From Candidatus Kapaibacterium sp. (GTDB lineage: Bacteria > Bacteroidota > Ignavibacteria > Kapaibacteriales > Kapaibacteriaceae), in assembly GCA_018882585.1 (NCBI GenBank), contig VFFB01000001.1:1793-65792 (forward strand): DNA of 64,000 nt. The letters run 5' to 3'. The notes beneath the pieces were generated by a model. That model did no database searches. It saw nothing but the letters and a program-made list of their open reading frames with translations, and was not told the origin of the DNA. The position numbers and the translations under genes were made by a program. Of this stretch, positions 62,236 through 64,000 are shown piece by piece. Every line of letters starts with the position of its first letter. Positions within the stretch are counted from its first letter, which is position 1.

Positions 62236-64000
62236 CTACTTCACGGCGATCACACCACCGCCGTGATAGGAGTGCACATCGTCGTCGTACATGGCATCAG
62301 CGCCGATTGGTCCCATTCTGAAACGCCCTTTCGAAACGGCGCGCACCATGTAATAGTAATGCCGGGCCCGGCCTTCGGCCTTGACGAACAGATTGATCCG
62401 ATCGGCACGATAGTCATAGTACGAGGCTGTCGTACCATCCTTTGCGAAGGCCACTTCGCCGTCGGCTCCAAGACGTGGATTCTCGAGTTCGAACCCTGCG
62501 GGAAGCACATCGCTGATCACGACGTTGTCGACCGTCGAGTTGTCGAGGGTGCGAATCGTAACCTTGATGACGATCAGCTGCTGCGGCGAAAATGTCGAGC
62601 CCGTAAGGACCTTGCCGGTGCGATCCAGCAACGTACGTCGCACCTGCAGCACCCTGTCCTCGATCGGCGTACGTCCGTCGGCGCGAACGCCGTCGGCCGT
62701 CCACAGGTAGTACACCGTTCCGCCCTTCGCCGTTATCCCGTATGAGCTGCCGGGCTGCGCATCCACCTTGGTGGTGCCGCCGGCAAGCGTTGCAATGGCG
62801 GTTCCGTTACGCGTGATCGTCGCTGTAGCCGGATTCGAAGCGGCGCGCCGAGCAAGACGTCCAAGCGCGAGCACGGCAAAGGCATTCTCCTGCGTCGAGA
62901 GCGTCGACTCGTTCTGCAGCAAGGACGAGAGTCTCCGCGCGAGCGAGGCCGTCTGCGGATCGTCGGGCGCGGCTTCGACCAGAGCGTAGAGCGACAGTGC
63001 CATGTCGCGGATCGGCGAGGCGAACGAGCCTCCGTCAAGGGGCCGATACCGCTCCTCGCGGAACTGCGTGGGCAGTATCTGCCGGTAGGTCTTACGGTCG
63101 CCCAGCATCAGATAGGTGCATGCCAGCATGTATCGACTGTCCTGCGAGAGTGATGTCACCGACGAGGTCCAGTAGTTCATCGTTGGCACATCCTGACGTC
63201 CGGCTGCTGCCAGCACGAACAGCGAGTAGAACGTTTCGCGCGCCGGCTGCTGCACCTCCTGCATGCCATCCGGATCGTAGCGTCGCACTGTTTCCATCTC
63301 GCGATGTCGCACCCGTTCGGCCAGGTATGACAGCATGCGTTGCAGCACATCGTTGTTCACTTCGTGGCCGGCCCTGCGGGCCTCGTGCAGGAAGTGCGCC
63401 GCATAGGCCGTTCCCCACCATGTGACAGTGCCGCCGCCCGGCCAGTAGGTCACACCGCCGTTGTAGCTCTGCATGCGCTCGACAGCGCGTACGGCCTCTT
63501 GGACGTTCTGCAACGGGTTGGCAGTGTTGACAGACGTGCCCTGCCATGCCTTGACCAGGTCGGCAAAGTAGATCTGTGGAAAGGCCTTCGAGACTGTCTG
63601 CTCGACACAGCCGTACGGATACTCTAACAGCTTCGACAGGTTTCGGGTGATCTGCACGGCGGGGAAGGTACTTACCAGCAGACGTCCACGGCCCGTTCCG
63701 GCTACATAGTTTCCGGCAACGGTGACGTTCGCCGTTGCACCTGCCGCGACAGAGCCGCTGCCCGATGATTCTGAAAGCGGACTGACGGGGCGAACGGCAA
63801 GTGATGTTTTCGACGTGAAGGTCTCGCCAGAGGCCGTCGCCGTCGTTGTGACCGTGCCCGGACCCAGCCCAACACCCACGACCGTGAATGTCGCTACGGC
63901 ATCACGATTGGGGGCAATGGTCACCGAAGCGGGTTTCCCGATCACGCGTAGGGCGCCGTTGGCTGCAAGCATGCATGTTGCCTGCATGGCAGACGGCGTT
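62236..64000 (-). CDS. Alpha-2-macroglobulin family protein, C-terminal portion; the N-terminus lies beyond the right edge.
   Basis: Thioester motif GCVEQ in EYPYGCVEQTVSKAFPQIYFADL (about 63596-63610). An alpha-helical TED-like region and a receptor-binding-like C-terminus follow. The frame is open to the window edge. Confidence 0.75.
   Translation of the reverse strand, partial: TPSAMQATCMLAANGALRVIGKPASVTIAPNRDAVATFTVVGVGLGPGTVTTTATASGETFTSKTSLAVRPVSPLSESSGSGSVAAGATANVTVAGNYVAGTGRGRLLVSTFPAVQITRNLSKLLEYPYGCVEQTVSKAFPQIYFADLVKAWQGTSVNTANPLQNVQEAVRAVERMQSYNGGVTYWPGGGTVTWWGTAYAAHFLHEARRAGHEVNNDVLQRMLSYLAERVRHREMETVRRYDPDGMQEVQQPARETFYSLFVLAAAGRQDVPTMNYWTSSVTSLSQDSRYMLACTYLMLGDRKTYRQILPTQFREERYRPLDGGSFASPIRDMALSLYALVEAAPDDPQTASLARRLSSLLQNESTLSTQENAFAVLALGRLARRAASNPATATITRNGTAIATLAGGTTKVDAQPGSSYGITAKGGTVYYLWTADGVRADGRTPIEDRVLQVRRTLLDRTGKVLTGSTFSPQQLIVIKVTIRTLDNSTVDNVVISDVLPAGFELENPRLGADGEVAFAKDGTTASYYDYRADRINLFVKAEGRARHYYYMVRAVSKGRFRMGPIGADAMYDDDVHSYHGGGVIAVK

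Overview
This is a 64-kb chromosomal segment, about 65% GC, from a high-GC member of the Bacteroidota/Rhodothermaeota-like lineage. That placement is an inference from three things seen in the sequence: a bshC gene, several proteins with T9SS-type C-terminal sorting domains, and a TonB-like outer-membrane protein built as carboxypeptidase-regulatory domain, Plug, then barrel.

Ordinary, well-supported genes: era, bamD-like, a hotdog thioesterase, ruvB, proS, lepA, two signal peptidase I genes, hemW, a LolE/FtsX-like permease, ppk1, ligA, bshC, a CheY-like receiver, a CrtI-family desaturase, a CNNM/CBS protein and a membrane fatty-acid desaturase.

A secreted-protein cluster:
- two tandem paralogous TonB-like barrels, the second carrying a Met/Gly-rich insert;
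- a two-domain lamin-tail-domain (LTD) protein;
- a 1653-aa metzincin-FN3-LamG-LamG protein with a T9SS C-terminal domain (CTD);
- an S8 subtilase, a 1018-aa double amidohydrolase and a Kelch-like CTD protein;
- a partial alpha-2-macroglobulin gene with a GCVEQ thioester at the right edge.

The left edge holds a partial RCC1-repeat secreted protein that the ORF track does not list.

The most unusual feature is a tightly coupled operon at 2766-14035. It sits behind a sigma70-like TTGACA-N18-TATTTC promoter and a GGAGGA Shine-Dalgarno. It encodes two giant proteins (1711 and about 1410 aa) with no recognisable catalytic motif. The first ends in an apolipoprotein-like coiled coil followed by a roughly 230-aa Gly-rich amphipathic beta-strand module. 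After them come an N-terminally anchored SRPBCC+GyrI-like ligand-binding protein, a 4-TM membrane protein and a 105-aa ORF, all with ATGA/short overlaps running into era. I regard this as a candidate undescribed envelope, lipid-handling or toxin-like system.

The second notable locus is a low-GC (about 50%) islet at roughly 20800-22420. It encodes a glycine-zipper protein with a CxCxCC tail, translationally coupled to a small 2-TM protein, which looks like a bacteriocin and its immunity protein. It is flanked by tandem hairpin repeats and a strong terminator hairpin.

A SnoaL-like gene carries an in-frame TAG. No rRNA, tRNA or CRISPR array was found by eye. Many long ORFs on the opposite strand are GC-rich shadow ORFs and were rejected.
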